Shown here: positions 39,629-50,233 of the stretch, piece after piece | Layout: each line of letters starts with the position of its first letter | Numbering within the stretch: the first letter of the stretch is position 1 | Source of the DNA: Candidatus Cloacimonadales bacterium | GTDB taxonomy: Bacteria; Cloacimonadota; Cloacimonadia; Cloacimonadales; JAFGVF01 | NCBI GenBank assembly: GCA_963663475.2 | Contig: CAXXJV010000001.1 | Location: 768,001-832,000 of the forward strand | Direction: 5' to 3' | Length of the DNA stretch: 64,000 bases | The notes under the pieces: model-generated | The model's database searches: none | The model's input: the letters and a program-made list of their open reading frames with translations, nothing else | Told to the model about the DNA's origin: nothing | Translations under genes and position numbers: made by a program

Positions 39629-40660
39629 TTATTTTGTTTTTACATATTCTGCTAAGAGTTTGAGGGTATTTTCTACACCAGATCTATGAGTTCTTTCATA
39701 GCCATGAGAAGCAAAAACACCTGGTCCGATTAAGCCATGTCTAATATCATAACCAGCTCTTAAGGTAGCTTCCACATCAGAACCATAAGCTGGGTAAATA
39801 TCTAAAGCGTGTTCTAACTTCATATCTTCTGCAATTTTAATCAAATCATTAGTTAGATCATAATCATAAGGTCCGCCACTATCTTTAACACAGATTGAGA
39901 CTTTATACTCATCAGTTGTCAAATCATCTCCAACAGCTCCCATATCAACTGAAATCATATCACAAGTATCTTCAGGGATACCAGCTGAACCACCATGACC
40001 AACTTCTTCATAGGTAGTGAATAATAAAGAAAGCTTGCGTGATAAGGTTATCTCTTTATCTGCAATCATCTTAGCTAAAGAAATCAGCAAACCTGCAGAA
40101 GCTTTATCATCTAAGTGGCGGGATTTAATGAAGCCTGATTTAGTAACTTTTGTTCTAGGATCAAGAGAAATAAAATCACCAACCTTAATTCCTAATTTTT
40201 CTACATCTTTCTTGCAAGTTACTTTTTCATCTAAGATTATTTCCACAGTCTGGTCGTTTCTTGTCATTGAACCAACATCTTTGTAAACATGAACTGCTGG
40301 ATGGGTTAAGTAAGCAGTACCTTCATATTCTTTACCAGTACGAGTATGAATTATAACATTTTCATTTTCAATATTGTTTTCAGGGTAACCACCAATCCTA
40401 GTGTGTCTAATTCTACCATTACCTTTTATGGCTCTCACCATTGCTCCCAAGGTATCAACATGGGCTGCAAGCACTAGATGGTTACCTTGCCCTCCTAATT
40501 CTACTAGGACAGCTTTTTTTCTTGTATATTTAGGTTCAAAACCTAAGTCTTTAAAGGTCTTCATAAGGTATTCAGTAGCTTTTAATGTGAAACCAGATGG
40601 ACTAGGAATCTTACATAATTCAACTATCTGTTTTACTGCGAAATCTGTATATTTTTTCAT
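39629..40660 (-). CDS. M42 family metallo-aminopeptidase
   Basis: AAHVDTLG, RHLDDKAS, YEEVG, VDMG, SHGYER. Confidence 0.92.
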   Translation of the reverse strand: MKKYTDFAVKQIVELCKIPSPSGFTLKATEYLMKTFKDLGFEPKYTRKKAVLVELGGQGNHLVLAAHVDTLGAMVRAIKGNGRIRHTRIGGYPENNIENENVIIHTRTGKEYEGTAYLTHPAVHVYKDVGSMTRNDQTVEIILDEKVTCKKDVEKLGIKVGDFISLDPRTKVTKSGFIKSRHLDDKASAGLLISLAKMIADKEITLSRKLSLLFTTYEEVGHGGSAGIPEDTCDMISVDMGAVGDDLTTDEYKVSICVKDSGGPYDYDLTNDLIKIAEDMKLEHALDIYPAYGSDVEATLRAGYDIRHGLIGPGVFASHGYERTHRSGVENTLKLLAEYVKTK

Positions 40661-40672
40661 ATTTTCCTCTTT

Positions 40673-40876
40673 TTATACTTTTTTTTCTTTTACTAATTCT
40701 GCAAAATATTCATAAGTTCTGTCCCAACTTGCCTCTGCCTCTTTAGGAAAGAAACAAGCAGGAAGCTGTCTTTTTGATCTATGATATTCAAGGCATTCAC
40801 AACAGACACCTTTTCTAGTACAAGCTGGATAGGTGCAATTGCAGTTTTTCATATTATCGTTTTTTTTACATTCCAT
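40673..40876 (-). CDS. Small Cys-rich protein (DUF6485-like); probable start at 40876
   Basis: CNCTYPACTRKGVCCECLEYH...LPACFF. Confidence 0.75.
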   Translation of the reverse strand: MECKKNDNMKNCNCTYPACTRKGVCCECLEYHRSKRQLPACFFPKEAEASWDRTYEYFAELVKEKKV

Positions 40877-41181
40877 TATATATCTTCTACCTCCGAATAG
40901 AGTACTGTTGACCATATTTCAGGTTCAGGTTTCTTGGTCATGTATGGTTCAAACTCAGCTAATATTTTCTTGAATATGCCAGTTTTCATAAAGTCTTCAG
41001 CATACTCTTTTTCAGCCCAAGTTCCAATTGCCATAGCTTGGCCATCAGCTTTTGCTAGGAATTGCATTCTCACAAATCCTTGTCTCTCTTCGGCTTCTTC
41101 TAAAACTTCTTCTTGCCATTTCTCAATACATTCTGTCATTTTTTCAGGTATAAAATAATATCGCATTGTAGCTGTATACAT
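40876..41181 (-). CDS. Antibiotic biosynthesis monooxygenase (ABM)-like dimeric alpha/beta barrel protein
   Basis: 101 aa; RQGFVRMQFL...AIGTWAEKEYAEDF. Confidence 0.65.
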   Translation of the reverse strand: MYTATMRYYFIPEKMTECIEKWQEEVLEEAEERQGFVRMQFLAKADGQAMAIGTWAEKEYAEDFMKTGIFKKILAEFEPYMTKKPEPEIWSTVLYSEVEDI

Positions 41182-41190
41182 AATTTTCTC

Positions 41191-42702
41191 CTATAGGTCA
41201 TTTTCTGCATCTGGACTTTTAATTGTCAATTGTTTATTTGCTCTAGCACCTAACTCCTTCATTTTTTCAGCTCTCTTGATAAGATTTCCTCGTCCACTGG
41301 ATAACTTATTCATAGAAGCATTATAGTTGCTGGATAAATCTTCGATGTTCTTACCAATTTTTTCTAAATCAATTATGAAATTACAGAATTTATCATACAT
41401 CTTACCACCTTCTTCGGCAATCTGTATCACGTTCTTTGTTTGATATTCACTTCGCCATATTTGCTTTATCATCTGCAAGACGTATATCAAAGTTGAAGGG
41501 CCTACAATCATAACATTTTTTTCCATTGCCTCTGAAAACATTTGATTGTCATTCTCTAAGGCTAAGAGGTAAGCAGACTCTATTGGTATGAACATTAGGA
41601 CATGGCTAATTGTGTTGATACCATCTAACTTTTGATACTCTTTTGCTGATAGTTCATTAGCATGTTTCTTAACAGAAATTAGGTGTTTTTTTAAAGCATT
41701 TTCTTTTTCTAAAGAATTTTCTGAAGAAATAAACTCTTCATAAGCAGTCAATGATGTCTTAGCATCAACAACTATATCTCTTTCTTCGGGAAGTTTTATA
41801 ACGACATCAGGATACCTGTTATTGTTTTCCTTATCAATATAATGGGACTGGGTAAAATACTCAATATTCTTAGTTAAACCAGAATCTTCTAAAACTCTCT
41901 CCAGTTTCATTTCTCCCCAATTTCCTTGCTTCTTTGGGTCTCGCTTTAAAGCATTTGTTAAATTCTTAGCTTCTTTATTAAGTGTTTCATTTAAAGTTCT
42001 CAAATTTAAAATTTCACTCTTGAGAGATGCCCTATCCTTATTCTCACTATCATAAACCTGGTCTATCCTTTTCCTAAATTCTTCAAGTTGACTCTTCATA
42101 GGATTTAATAGATTTGTTATACTCTCTTGATTAGTCTCCTTAAATTTGGAAGTCTTTTCCTCAAATATCTTGTTGGCTAAAATCTCGAAATCTCTCTTGA
42201 GATTCTCCTTAGCCTCAGTTAAGATGGCCAGCTTTTCTGCAAAAGCCTTCTCTTGTTCCTCTGCCTTGGTTAAGAGAGTTGCCTTAGCTTGCGATAGCTC
42301 ATTCTTTGCTTTCTGTAAAAGCCTTACTTCCTCACCTAGTTTTTCAATACTAGTATTTTTCTCATCAATATTTAGCTTATACTCTGAATTCTGACTACGT
42401 AAACTTGCCACTTCTTCTGAAATTGCTGAATACTTGTCTTGGTAAACTCTTAGTTCTTGATTAAGTCTTTGTTCATTCTCTAACTTATTCTTTAAAACTT
42501 GAATCTCAATCCCACTTTCATTTACTTGTTTTGATAAAAGAGCTAGCTTTTCCTGATAGTCTTCTTGCAATTGGTTTTTTAAGCGTGCTTCTTCAAGCGA
42601 TATCTGGGATTTGAATAGCTTACGCTGAACAAAAGTTCCAGTAAGAACTCCTATTAAACCACCGACCAATAGAGCAATTATAGTGATAATTAAATCTGGC
42701 AT
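41191..42702 (-). CDS. rmuC: DNA recombination protein RmuC (probable start at 42702 after GGAGG)
   Basis: N-terminal TM and coiled coil; QGNWGEMKLERVLE, PDVVIKLP, VVDAK, FIPIE, GPSTL, GRGNL. Confidence 0.93.
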   Translation of the reverse strand: MPDLIITIIALLVGGLIGVLTGTFVQRKLFKSQISLEEARLKNQLQEDYQEKLALLSKQVNESGIEIQVLKNKLENEQRLNQELRVYQDKYSAISEEVASLRSQNSEYKLNIDEKNTSIEKLGEEVRLLQKAKNELSQAKATLLTKAEEQEKAFAEKLAILTEAKENLKRDFEILANKIFEEKTSKFKETNQESITNLLNPMKSQLEEFRKRIDQVYDSENKDRASLKSEILNLRTLNETLNKEAKNLTNALKRDPKKQGNWGEMKLERVLEDSGLTKNIEYFTQSHYIDKENNNRYPDVVIKLPEERDIVVDAKTSLTAYEEFISSENSLEKENALKKHLISVKKHANELSAKEYQKLDGINTISHVLMFIPIESAYLLALENDNQMFSEAMEKNVMIVGPSTLIYVLQMIKQIWRSEYQTKNVIQIAEEGGKMYDKFCNFIIDLEKIGKNIEDLSSNYNASMNKLSSGRGNLIKRAEKMKELGARANKQLTIKSPDAENDL

Positions 42703-43000
42703 TAGACCTCCTGTAAAAGCAATCTTATGAATAGTCATTAACTATAATAAGCTAGTAGAACCTTTTAAAGCTTGCCAAAGTCTTTTATAAAAGCCTATTA
42801 CATAATTAGCTATAACAATATTTTTATCTTTTTTTAATTATCAAATTATTATAAATACTTGTCAAATTTTTTCTAAACTTTTTTCCAATTTAATCAAAAA
42901 GGTAAGCTTGCTGATTTTATGCAAACTTAGATGATTATTAATAAATAATGGCTCTCTCTCAAATAGACTTGAGGAAGACCGGCCTTATCAATACCCCTAT

Positions 43001-43079
43001 CATCCATAATCCTTCCTTTACAGTCTTTCGATGAAACTGGGACTTTCATCGAAAGACTGTAAAGGAAGGATTATGGATG
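43001..43079. repeat. Long perfect hairpin (36-bp arms, 7-nt loop)
   Basis: CATCCATAATCCTTCCTTTACAGTCTTTCGATGAAA-ctgggac-exact reverse complement. Confidence 0.92.
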
Positions 43080-43415
43080 GTAAGTGGGAGATTAGGGCCT
43101 AATTCTCTTGTCAGAGGGATAAGAGAAGGCCATCTTCTTCTTTTTTTCTTTTTTCTTTCTGACAGTGATATCCAAACTGCCAAAAAATAAATAAATAAAT
43201 AAATAAAAATGCGAAATGAATATTGTTGTCTCTCTAGGGCTAAGATTTCCTTGGTCTCTGTAACAAGAGTGTCTTGCGACACTGCCTATAATATTTTAAT
43301 AGTAACAAGCTTACAGCTTGGTGCGGAGAGAAGGTCGACCGTCCGACTGAGAGGCAATCATAACTAAAAGCAATCCTGATAAAATGTCAAGAAAACCTAA
43401 AGAAGGGCAATATTA

Positions 43416-43578
43416 TCCCAAATAATGCAGTAGACCTTTGTGAATAGCACTATATTCTTCTGCAAAAGTAACTTCCATAATTTCTCCGAATATATAAATT
43501 ATATGCGTCAAAATTCTGTAAGCTATTTTGCTAGAATAATCTGCACTCTTCACTAAAGCTCTACTACACTATCTGGGA
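43416..43578. mobile_element. Full-length (163-bp) MITE
   Basis: tta|TCCCAAATAATGCAGTAG...CTACTACACTATCTGGGA|tta; nearly identical to 53636-53798 and 29549-29710. Confidence 0.88.
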
Positions 43579-43799
43579 TTATCGACTTCTTTAAGGATAA
43601 ACTATTGAAGAAGGTGGCTTGATGGTTGAACAGTCTCTAATTTAGATAATATTTAATTAGTAAAAATATTATTGACAAGAAATATTTGTAGCTTTTTAGT
43701 TAACCTTATTTTACTAAAGTGAATCAAAAGCCTTTAGTAGTGATAAAACAACACTAAGAATACATTGTGATTTTAGATAATCTTGAGAGGAGAACATTT

Positions 43800-46700
43800 A
43801 TGAAAGAAAAAATTATACTAATTAGCTTAATGTTACTAGTATCAATGAATTTTTTATTTGCTGAGGTTGAAATTATTAATAATGCTAGTAATAATGAGGT
43901 AAGGTTAGTTAATAATTGGGAAAGAGAGATAAGTATTGATTACAAATTAAATCATTTATCAGCAAGGATTTATACTTGCCCTGAGGGAGACTTCACCCAA
44001 TTATTCCTGGATAATTATGGTTTAACAGGTGAGCTAGGTAAGCCTCAACTTCCTTATAGTTCTAAAATTATAGTAGTACCTGAAGGAGCAAAAGTAATAA
44101 CTCAATTAAAAATAGGTCAAACAAGGCAAATAAACTTGTCTGATAAAGGCTTAACAAATAAAATTTTTCCTGCTCAGGCTCCTGTATCAAAGAGTTCCAG
44201 ACCAGAAGATATTGAGTTTGTGTTAGATAATCAAATCTATCAAACAGGTGATTTTATTGATCAAGAAAAAGTTATAGTAAAAGAAATTGGTTATCAGAGA
44301 GGAATGAGGCTTTTCCAAGTTAACTACTATCCTGTTGCCTATAATCCAAGTACAAATACTATTGCCATAATCAATGAAGCAAGTTTGAATATTAAATTTG
44401 AGGGAGCTGACCTTGTTGCAAGTCAGTATCTAAGAGACAAAACTTTCTCTCCTGCCTTTGAGGTAAATTATCCTTCAACAATCTTTAATTATAGAAGTAA
44501 TCGTTCTAGTTTGGAATCATATCCTTTAGGTTATATAGTAGTAGCCCCCAATAATTATTTAGATACCTTAGAAGCTTTTATTGAATGGAAAACTCAACAA
44601 GGTTATGATGTTACTGTCTTAGATACTGATATAGTTGGGACAAGTACTGCAGCTATTAAATCTGCTATTTCTAATATTTGGGACAGTGCTACACCAACAA
44701 ATCCAGCACCTTCTTACCTGTTAATCTGTGGGGATGTAGAACAGGTCCCTGCTTTTGCTAGTACTACCCTATCAGGACATATTTCAGATTTATCATATGT
44801 TAGATTGGAGGGTTCAGATTATCTACCTGAGATGTATTATGGAAGATTTTCTGCTACTAACACAAGTCAGCTATCTACAATCGTGAATAAAACTTTAATG
44901 TATGAAAAATATGAAATGCCTGATCCTTCATATTTAGAGAGAGCAACACTAATAGCTGGTGTTGATGCTTCCTGGGCTCCAACCCATGGAAATGGAACAA
45001 TAAACTATGGTTCTCAGTATTACTTCAATGCTGCCCATGATATTGATGCTACAAGCTATTACTATCCTGAATCAGGCTCGAGTGAAGCTAGTATTATTGC
45101 GGATGTTAATGCAGGATTAGGTTATTTAAACTATACTGCTCATGGTTCTGAAACCACTTGGCACGATCCCCACTTTTCAGTCAGTGATGTTAATAGTCTA
45201 ACCAACTCCCAGCAATATCCTGTTGTGGTAGGTAACTGTTGTTTAACTAACCATTTTGATACCTCAACAAGTTTTGGGGAATCTTGGTTAAGAGCTACTA
45301 ATGGAGCAGTTATCTATATTGGTGGTACTAACTCTACTTATTGGGATGAAGATTATTGGTGGTCTGTTGGTCACTTTTCGAATACTAACACAGCTAACCC
45401 AACTTATGCAGGAACAGGTCTGGGTATGTTTGATGCTCTCTTCCATGAGAATGGTGAAGAATATGTAAACTGGGTTAATTCTGCTGGTTCTATGGTCTAT
45501 AGAGGCAATATGACTGTTCAAGGTTCTTCTTCTGATAAACAAGAATACTATTGGGAGATTTATTCAATAATGGGAGACCCTTCTTTAATACCTTATATTG
45601 GTATTCCTGATGCCCAAAATCCTTCCTACACTAATACTCTTTTTATAGGATCTAGCTCATTAGATGTTACAGCTGCTCCTTATTCTTATGTTTCCTTAAC
45701 AGTTGATGGGGTAATTATCGGTACCCAAATACTTGATTCAAACGGTTCTGGAAGTGTTAATTTCCCTGCTTTAACAACTCCTCAATCTGTAAAAATGGTT
45801 ATTTCTCGAGTTGACTATCAACCATATATTGCAGATATTCAAGTTGTTACAGCTGATGGACCATATCTTACCCTCTCAGATTATTCATTTAATGATGCTA
45901 ATAATAATGGCCTCTTAGAATATGGTGAAAGTGCTTCATTAAACTTAGTTATCGAAAATATCGGAACTGCTACGTCTCCTTCAGGGACTATTACTTTCAG
46001 TGAGTCAGATCCATACATAAATTTAACTTCAACTTCAGCTTCAGTAACTGCAATAAGTTCTGAAGGAAGTATTAATATCAACAACGTTATTAACTTTGCA
46101 ATAGCTAATAATATCCCTAATAATCATACCATGAATCTTTCTTATGTGATTTCAGCAGGTGGTGAAGTATATTCAGGTAATCTTACTCTCACAGGAAAAA
46201 GCTATGAGATGGAGATTAATGCAATTACTATTGATGATTCAGCTTTAGGGAATGGTAATAATGTTATTGATGCAGGTGAATCCTTCTCTATCATTGCGAC
46301 AGTGGAAAATGTCGGAGCTGCTATTTCACCATTAATTAGTGCTTCCATTGCTGATGCATCTTATATAACTTATGTTAATTCAACAGCCACAATAGCTGCT
46401 ATATCAGCCGGTTCAAGTAACCAAGTTATCTTCAGTGCTACTGCCTCCAACACTATTCCTGCTGGAGAAGAAGTTACTTTCACAGTAACAGCTCCTTATC
46501 TAAATGGTAATCTTGAGTTTAGTCAAGACTTCTTAGCTGCTCTTTTACAAATAGGAGAGGGAACAGTAACAGAAGTTCATCTGCCAATAGAACCATATTA
46601 TGGCTACACTTATAGTCAATCAATCTATACAGCCTCGGAATTAAATTTAGGCGTATCTCAGATTAACAAGATTGCTTATCATTATAATGGTAACAGCACT

Positions 46701-49700
46701 TGGACAGATAACATAGTTGTCTATATGGGAAATACTACAAAAACTAGTTTTTCTTCTACTTCAGACTGGATTGCCTTAGCAAATATAACAGAAGTTTATA
46801 ATGGTACGTTTACAGCTCCTGCTACAGCAGGTTGGGTAGAAATTACCTTAGATACTCCATTTACCTATGATGGAAGTAGTAATTTAGTAATAGGCATTGA
46901 TGAAAACACTTCAGGATATCATGCAAGTGATGATGAATTCTACTGTTATAGCAGTGGTTCAAATAGGAGTATCTACTATTATAGCGATTCAATAAATCCT
47001 GATCCTGCTTCTCCTGTTTCAGGGAATTTATCAGGAAACAACCCCAATATTCGTATTTTTGCTTCTTCAACTTCAGCAGAACCAAACATCGTCTTAAATA
47101 CAACTTCACTTGATTTTGGAGAAGTGATTCTGGGTAATTCTGTTACTCGTGATTTCACTATTACTAATACAGGTGGAGCAAGCTTAATTGGAACTATTAT
47201 CTTACCTGATAACTTCACTTTTGCTACTAGAAACAGTGAAAAAGAAGTAGTAAACACCAGAACAAGTTCTCAGAACTTTACTTTACCTGCAGGAAATAAC
47301 CAAACTTATAGCATAATTTTCACTCCAACAACTGAGCTTTGCTATAACAGTAATATTGAGATTAGTCATAATGCTGATCAATATTCTTCTTATATCTCTC
47401 TTGTAGCATGTGGAATAAAACCTACTTATTCATCAGAGACAAGACTTATTACAAAAACTCTAGCTCCTGATACTCAAGATACTTATAACTATGTAATTAA
47501 TAATGTAGGAAGTGGTGACTTAGAAGTGTTAGTAGAAATTACTGATGCAGATAGATATACTGGGGGACCTGATGCTTATGGTTACACTTGGAAAGACAGT
47601 AATGAAGCAGGTGTAACTTATAATTGGATTGATATTTCTGCTACTGGAACTATAATTTCGGAAGGAGATGATACTTCAGAAGCAATGACTCTTCCTTTTA
47701 CCTTCTCTTTTTATGGTGAAGAATATACTTCTCTAAATGTCTCCTCTAATGGATTCTTATCATTTACCTCAACCTCTTCGGTTTATTCAAATCAGACTAT
47801 TCCTAATTCAGCTGATCCTAATGCTATCATTGCTCCTTTTTGGGATGATTTAAAACCTTATGGAACTATTTGGGGGAATGTATATTACCAAAACTTCTCT
47901 ACCTATTCGGTAATTCAATGGGAGAATGTATCTCACTTTAGCTCTTCTCAACCTACAGATAATGAGACTTTCCAAGTTATCCTCTATAACAATGGAGATA
48001 TTAAATATCAATATCAAACTGTTGAAAATAACACCTCTTGCACTGTAGGAATAGAAAATCAAGCAGGTGATGATGGTTTATTAATCAACTATAACAGTGA
48101 CTTCTTAGTAGATGAGTATGCTCTCTTAATTTCTGCAGGGGGAGTAAGTCCTAATTGGTTATCTCTAACTAATGATAACTTATTAATTCCTGAAGGTTCT
48201 TCTGAAACTATTACTTTAAACTTTGATGCTAATGGCTTAGAATTAGGGACTTATAACAAGAATCTCTATTTGATAACAAATGACCCTGATCATGAAGAGT
48301 TTACTATTCCTGTAACACTTATTGTTGGTGGAAGCAGCCAAGCAGATATCTTAGTTGATAAACAAGAGATTGATTTCGGAAGTGTTACTGCAGGTGAATT
48401 TATCATGGAAACTATAACTATTACTAATATTGGAGGAGAAACTTTAACCGGCAATATTAGTGCTGATAATGGTTTTACCATAACTGAAGCTAGAGCAAAT
48501 ACTTCCAAAAATGAGATTATGGCTGCTCACCAAGCAATGAGAAGAATACGCAACTTTGATTTTTCTCTTACATCAGGAACTAGCAAATCTTATGATGTCA
48601 GCCACTCAACTGTAACAGCAGGTTTATTCTCAGGAAACATTACTATTACTTCCAATGACCCTGAATCTTCCCTGATAACACTTCCACTGACATTAGAGGT
48701 TATAAATCCTGCTCAGATAGATGTAAATCCTCAAAGTCTGGCTCTTAATTTACAGCCTGAACAAAGTGCTGATAGAACAATCTCTATTAGTAATCTAGGT
48801 GATCTTGATTTAACCTGTTCTCTTAATCTCCAAGTAAGCGGAGCAAGGGAAGTAACAGAAATATTCACTGCTAACTTTGATAATCATGATTTATCTGATT
48901 GGTCTATTGATTATCTCTACTCAGCAGACCACACTTGGCATATTGCGGATGATTATAGTGATTCAAGTATTGATGGAAGCTCTTTCCTATTCATCGATAG
49001 TGATGCCACAGGATCTAGTGTTGATTTCGATGATACTATTGAGACCCCAACTTTCAATGTTAGTGCTTATGAAGAGATAACCATTGAATTTGATCATTAC
49101 TTTAATTCTTATCAATCAGAAATAGCTGATGTGGATTTCTGGACAGGTAGTCAGTGGATAAATATTGGTAGATGGCAAGGTGAAGATATTGGTGCCTGGT
49201 CTGTTCCATCACAATTCAACCATACCCTTACTAATAATGGATATACAGATGTAAAACTAAGATTCCATTATTATGAAGCAAACTATGATTGGTACTGGGC
49301 TATCGACAACTTAGTCGTCTCTGGACAAGGAAGTCCTACACCTCAATGGGTTACTTTACCAAGTCAGTATAACAATCTTACTATCACTCCAGAAAATAGT
49401 GAAGATATTACTCTTAACTTCACTTCTGTTGATTTTATTGCAGGTCAATACACAGCTAGTCTTAATATTCAATCAAATTCTGCTGCAAATAACTTTTTAA
49501 GTATTCCAATAACTTTGACTGTTAGTGAACTAGAGAATGAACCAGACTGGCAACCAGTAATCTATCCTAACAACAGTGCTACTATTTATGCAGAAGTTAC
49601 TCACCTAAGCGATGAAATAGCTGTTGATGATATAGTCTCTGCCTGGGTTGGAGATGAATGTCGTGGACTTGGTCAGATTGTTATAGTTAACAGAAGTCAA

Positions 49701-50093
49701 GCCTTTACAACTATCGTGGTTCAGTCTAATGGAACAACTGAAAATGTCTATTTTAAATTATATGATAGATCTGCTGATATAGTGGAAGAAGAATCTAATT
49801 CAACTCCTGTTACTAGTGGACAAGTAGTAGGTTCAGCTCAAGTACCATTCACCATAAATATAGGTGTAATCGAACTAATTGCTCCTAATTATTTAGAAGT
49901 TCAAGTGGTAAACAGCCTAGCATCTCTTAATTGGTTAAGTGTTCCTAATGCAGATTATTATAAAATCTATTTCTCAACAGATTTAAGTAATTGGATTGAA
50001 CTAGCAGACACCAATAATACTTCTTATCAACATAATCAACCACGGTCTAATACAGAAGCCTATTTCTACAAGATTAAGGCAATTAAGAATTAA
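43800..50093 (+). CDS. Gingipain-like C25 cysteine protease, multidomain (propeptide, catalytic, Ig-like/ASH-type, adhesin modules)
   Basis: RBS GAGGAG; signal peptide; propeptide GKPQLP; EWKTQQG, GDVEQVP, GRFS, catalytic NYTAHG and GNCCLT, IMGDPSL. Confidence 0.9.
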   Translation: MKEKIILISLMLLVSMNFLFAEVEIINNASNNEVRLVNNWEREISIDYKLNHLSARIYTCPEGDFTQLFLDNYGLTGELGKPQLPYSSKIIVVPEGAKVITQLKIGQTRQINLSDKGLTNKIFPAQAPVSKSSRPEDIEFVLDNQIYQTGDFIDQEKVIVKEIGYQRGMRLFQVNYYPVAYNPSTNTIAIINEASLNIKFEGADLVASQYLRDKTFSPAFEVNYPSTIFNYRSNRSSLESYPLGYIVVAPNNYLDTLEAFIEWKTQQGYDVTVLDTDIVGTSTAAIKSAISNIWDSATPTNPAPSYLLICGDVEQVPAFASTTLSGHISDLSYVRLEGSDYLPEMYYGRFSATNTSQLSTIVNKTLMYEKYEMPDPSYLERATLIAGVDASWAPTHGNGTINYGSQYYFNAAHDIDATSYYYPESGSSEASIIADVNAGLGYLNYTAHGSETTWHDPHFSVSDVNSLTNSQQYPVVVGNCCLTNHFDTSTSFGESWLRATNGAVIYIGGTNSTYWDEDYWWSVGHFSNTNTANPTYAGTGLGMFDALFHENGEEYVNWVNSAGSMVYRGNMTVQGSSSDKQEYYWEIYSIMGDPSLIPYIGIPDAQNPSYTNTLFIGSSSLDVTAAPYSYVSLTVDGVIIGTQILDSNGSGSVNFPALTTPQSVKMVISRVDYQPYIADIQVVTADGPYLTLSDYSFNDANNNGLLEYGESASLNLVIENIGTATSPSGTITFSESDPYINLTSTSASVTAISSEGSININNVINFAIANNIPNNHTMNLSYVISAGGEVYSGNLTLTGKSYEMEINAITIDDSALGNGNNVIDAGESFSIIATVENVGAAISPLISASIADASYITYVNSTATIAAISAGSSNQVIFSATASNTIPAGEEVTFTVTAPYLNGNLEFSQDFLAALLQIGEGTVTEVHLPIEPYYGYTYSQSIYTASELNLGVSQINKIAYHYNGNSTWTDNIVVYMGNTTKTSFSSTSDWIALANITEVYNGTFTAPATAGWVEITLDTPFTYDGSSNLVIGIDENTSGYHASDDEFYCYSSGSNRSIYYYSDSINPDPASPVSGNLSGNNPNIRIFASSTSAEPNIVLNTTSLDFGEVILGNSVTRDFTITNTGGASLIGTIILPDNFTFATRNSEKEVVNTRTSSQNFTLPAGNNQTYSIIFTPTTELCYNSNIEISHNADQYSSYISLVACGIKPTYSSETRLITKTLAPDTQDTYNYVINNVGSGDLEVLVEITDADRYTGGPDAYGYTWKDSNEAGVTYNWIDISATGTIISEGDDTSEAMTLPFTFSFYGEEYTSLNVSSNGFLSFTSTSSVYSNQTIPNSADPNAIIAPFWDDLKPYGTIWGNVYYQNFSTYSVIQWENVSHFSSSQPTDNETFQVILYNNGDIKYQYQTVENNTSCTVGIENQAGDDGLLINYNSDFLVDEYALLISAGGVSPNWLSLTNDNLLIPEGSSETITLNFDANGLELGTYNKNLYLITNDPDHEEFTIPVTLIVGGSSQADILVDKQEIDFGSVTAGEFIMETITITNIGGETLTGNISADNGFTITEARANTSKNEIMAAHQAMRRIRNFDFSLTSGTSKSYDVSHSTVTAGLFSGNITITSNDPESSLITLPLTLEVINPAQIDVNPQSLALNLQPEQSADRTISISNLGDLDLTCSLNLQVSGAREVTEIFTANFDNHDLSDWSIDYLYSADHTWHIADDYSDSSIDGSSFLFIDSDATGSSVDFDDTIETPTFNVSAYEEITIEFDHYFNSYQSEIADVDFWTGSQWINIGRWQGEDIGAWSVPSQFNHTLTNNGYTDVKLRFHYYEANYDWYWAIDNLVVSGQGSPTPQWVTLPSQYNNLTITPENSEDITLNFTSVDFIAGQYTASLNIQSNSAANNFLSIPITLTVSELENEPDWQPVIYPNNSATIYAEVTHLSDEIAVDDIVSAWVGDECRGLGQIVIVNRSQAFTTIVVQSNGTTENVYFKLYDRSADIVEEESNSTPVTSGQVVGSAQVPFTINIGVIELIAPNYLEVQVVNSLASLNWLSVPNADYYKIYFSTDLSNWIELADTNNTSYQHNQPRSNTEAYFYKIKAIKN

Positions 50094-50114
50094 GCATAAA
50101 AGATATAATTAGCT

Positions 50115-50141
50115 AGGGACGTTGAAAAACGTCCCTCTTTT
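50115..50141 (+). terminator. Intrinsic terminator
   Basis: AGGGACGTT-N4-AACGTCCCT-CTTTT. Confidence 0.8.
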
Positions 50142-50169
50142 GCTTTATAAAGCACCATTCTGGATATTA

Positions 50170-50233
50170 ACCCAAATAATACAGTAGCTCTTTGTGATTA
50201 GCACTCTTCAATAAAGTTCTATACACTTTGGGA
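50170..50233. mobile_element. Short MITE copy whose right TTA is the TAA stop codon of the adjacent minus-strand gene
   Basis: tta|ACCCAAATAATACAGTAG...CTTTGGGA|tta (50234-50236). Confidence 0.75.

Noticed and set aside
43319-43400. Intact tRNA gene
   Set aside because: Only a CCA-ending 3' segment is present; there is no matching 5' acceptor strand, D arm or canonical TTCGA loop.
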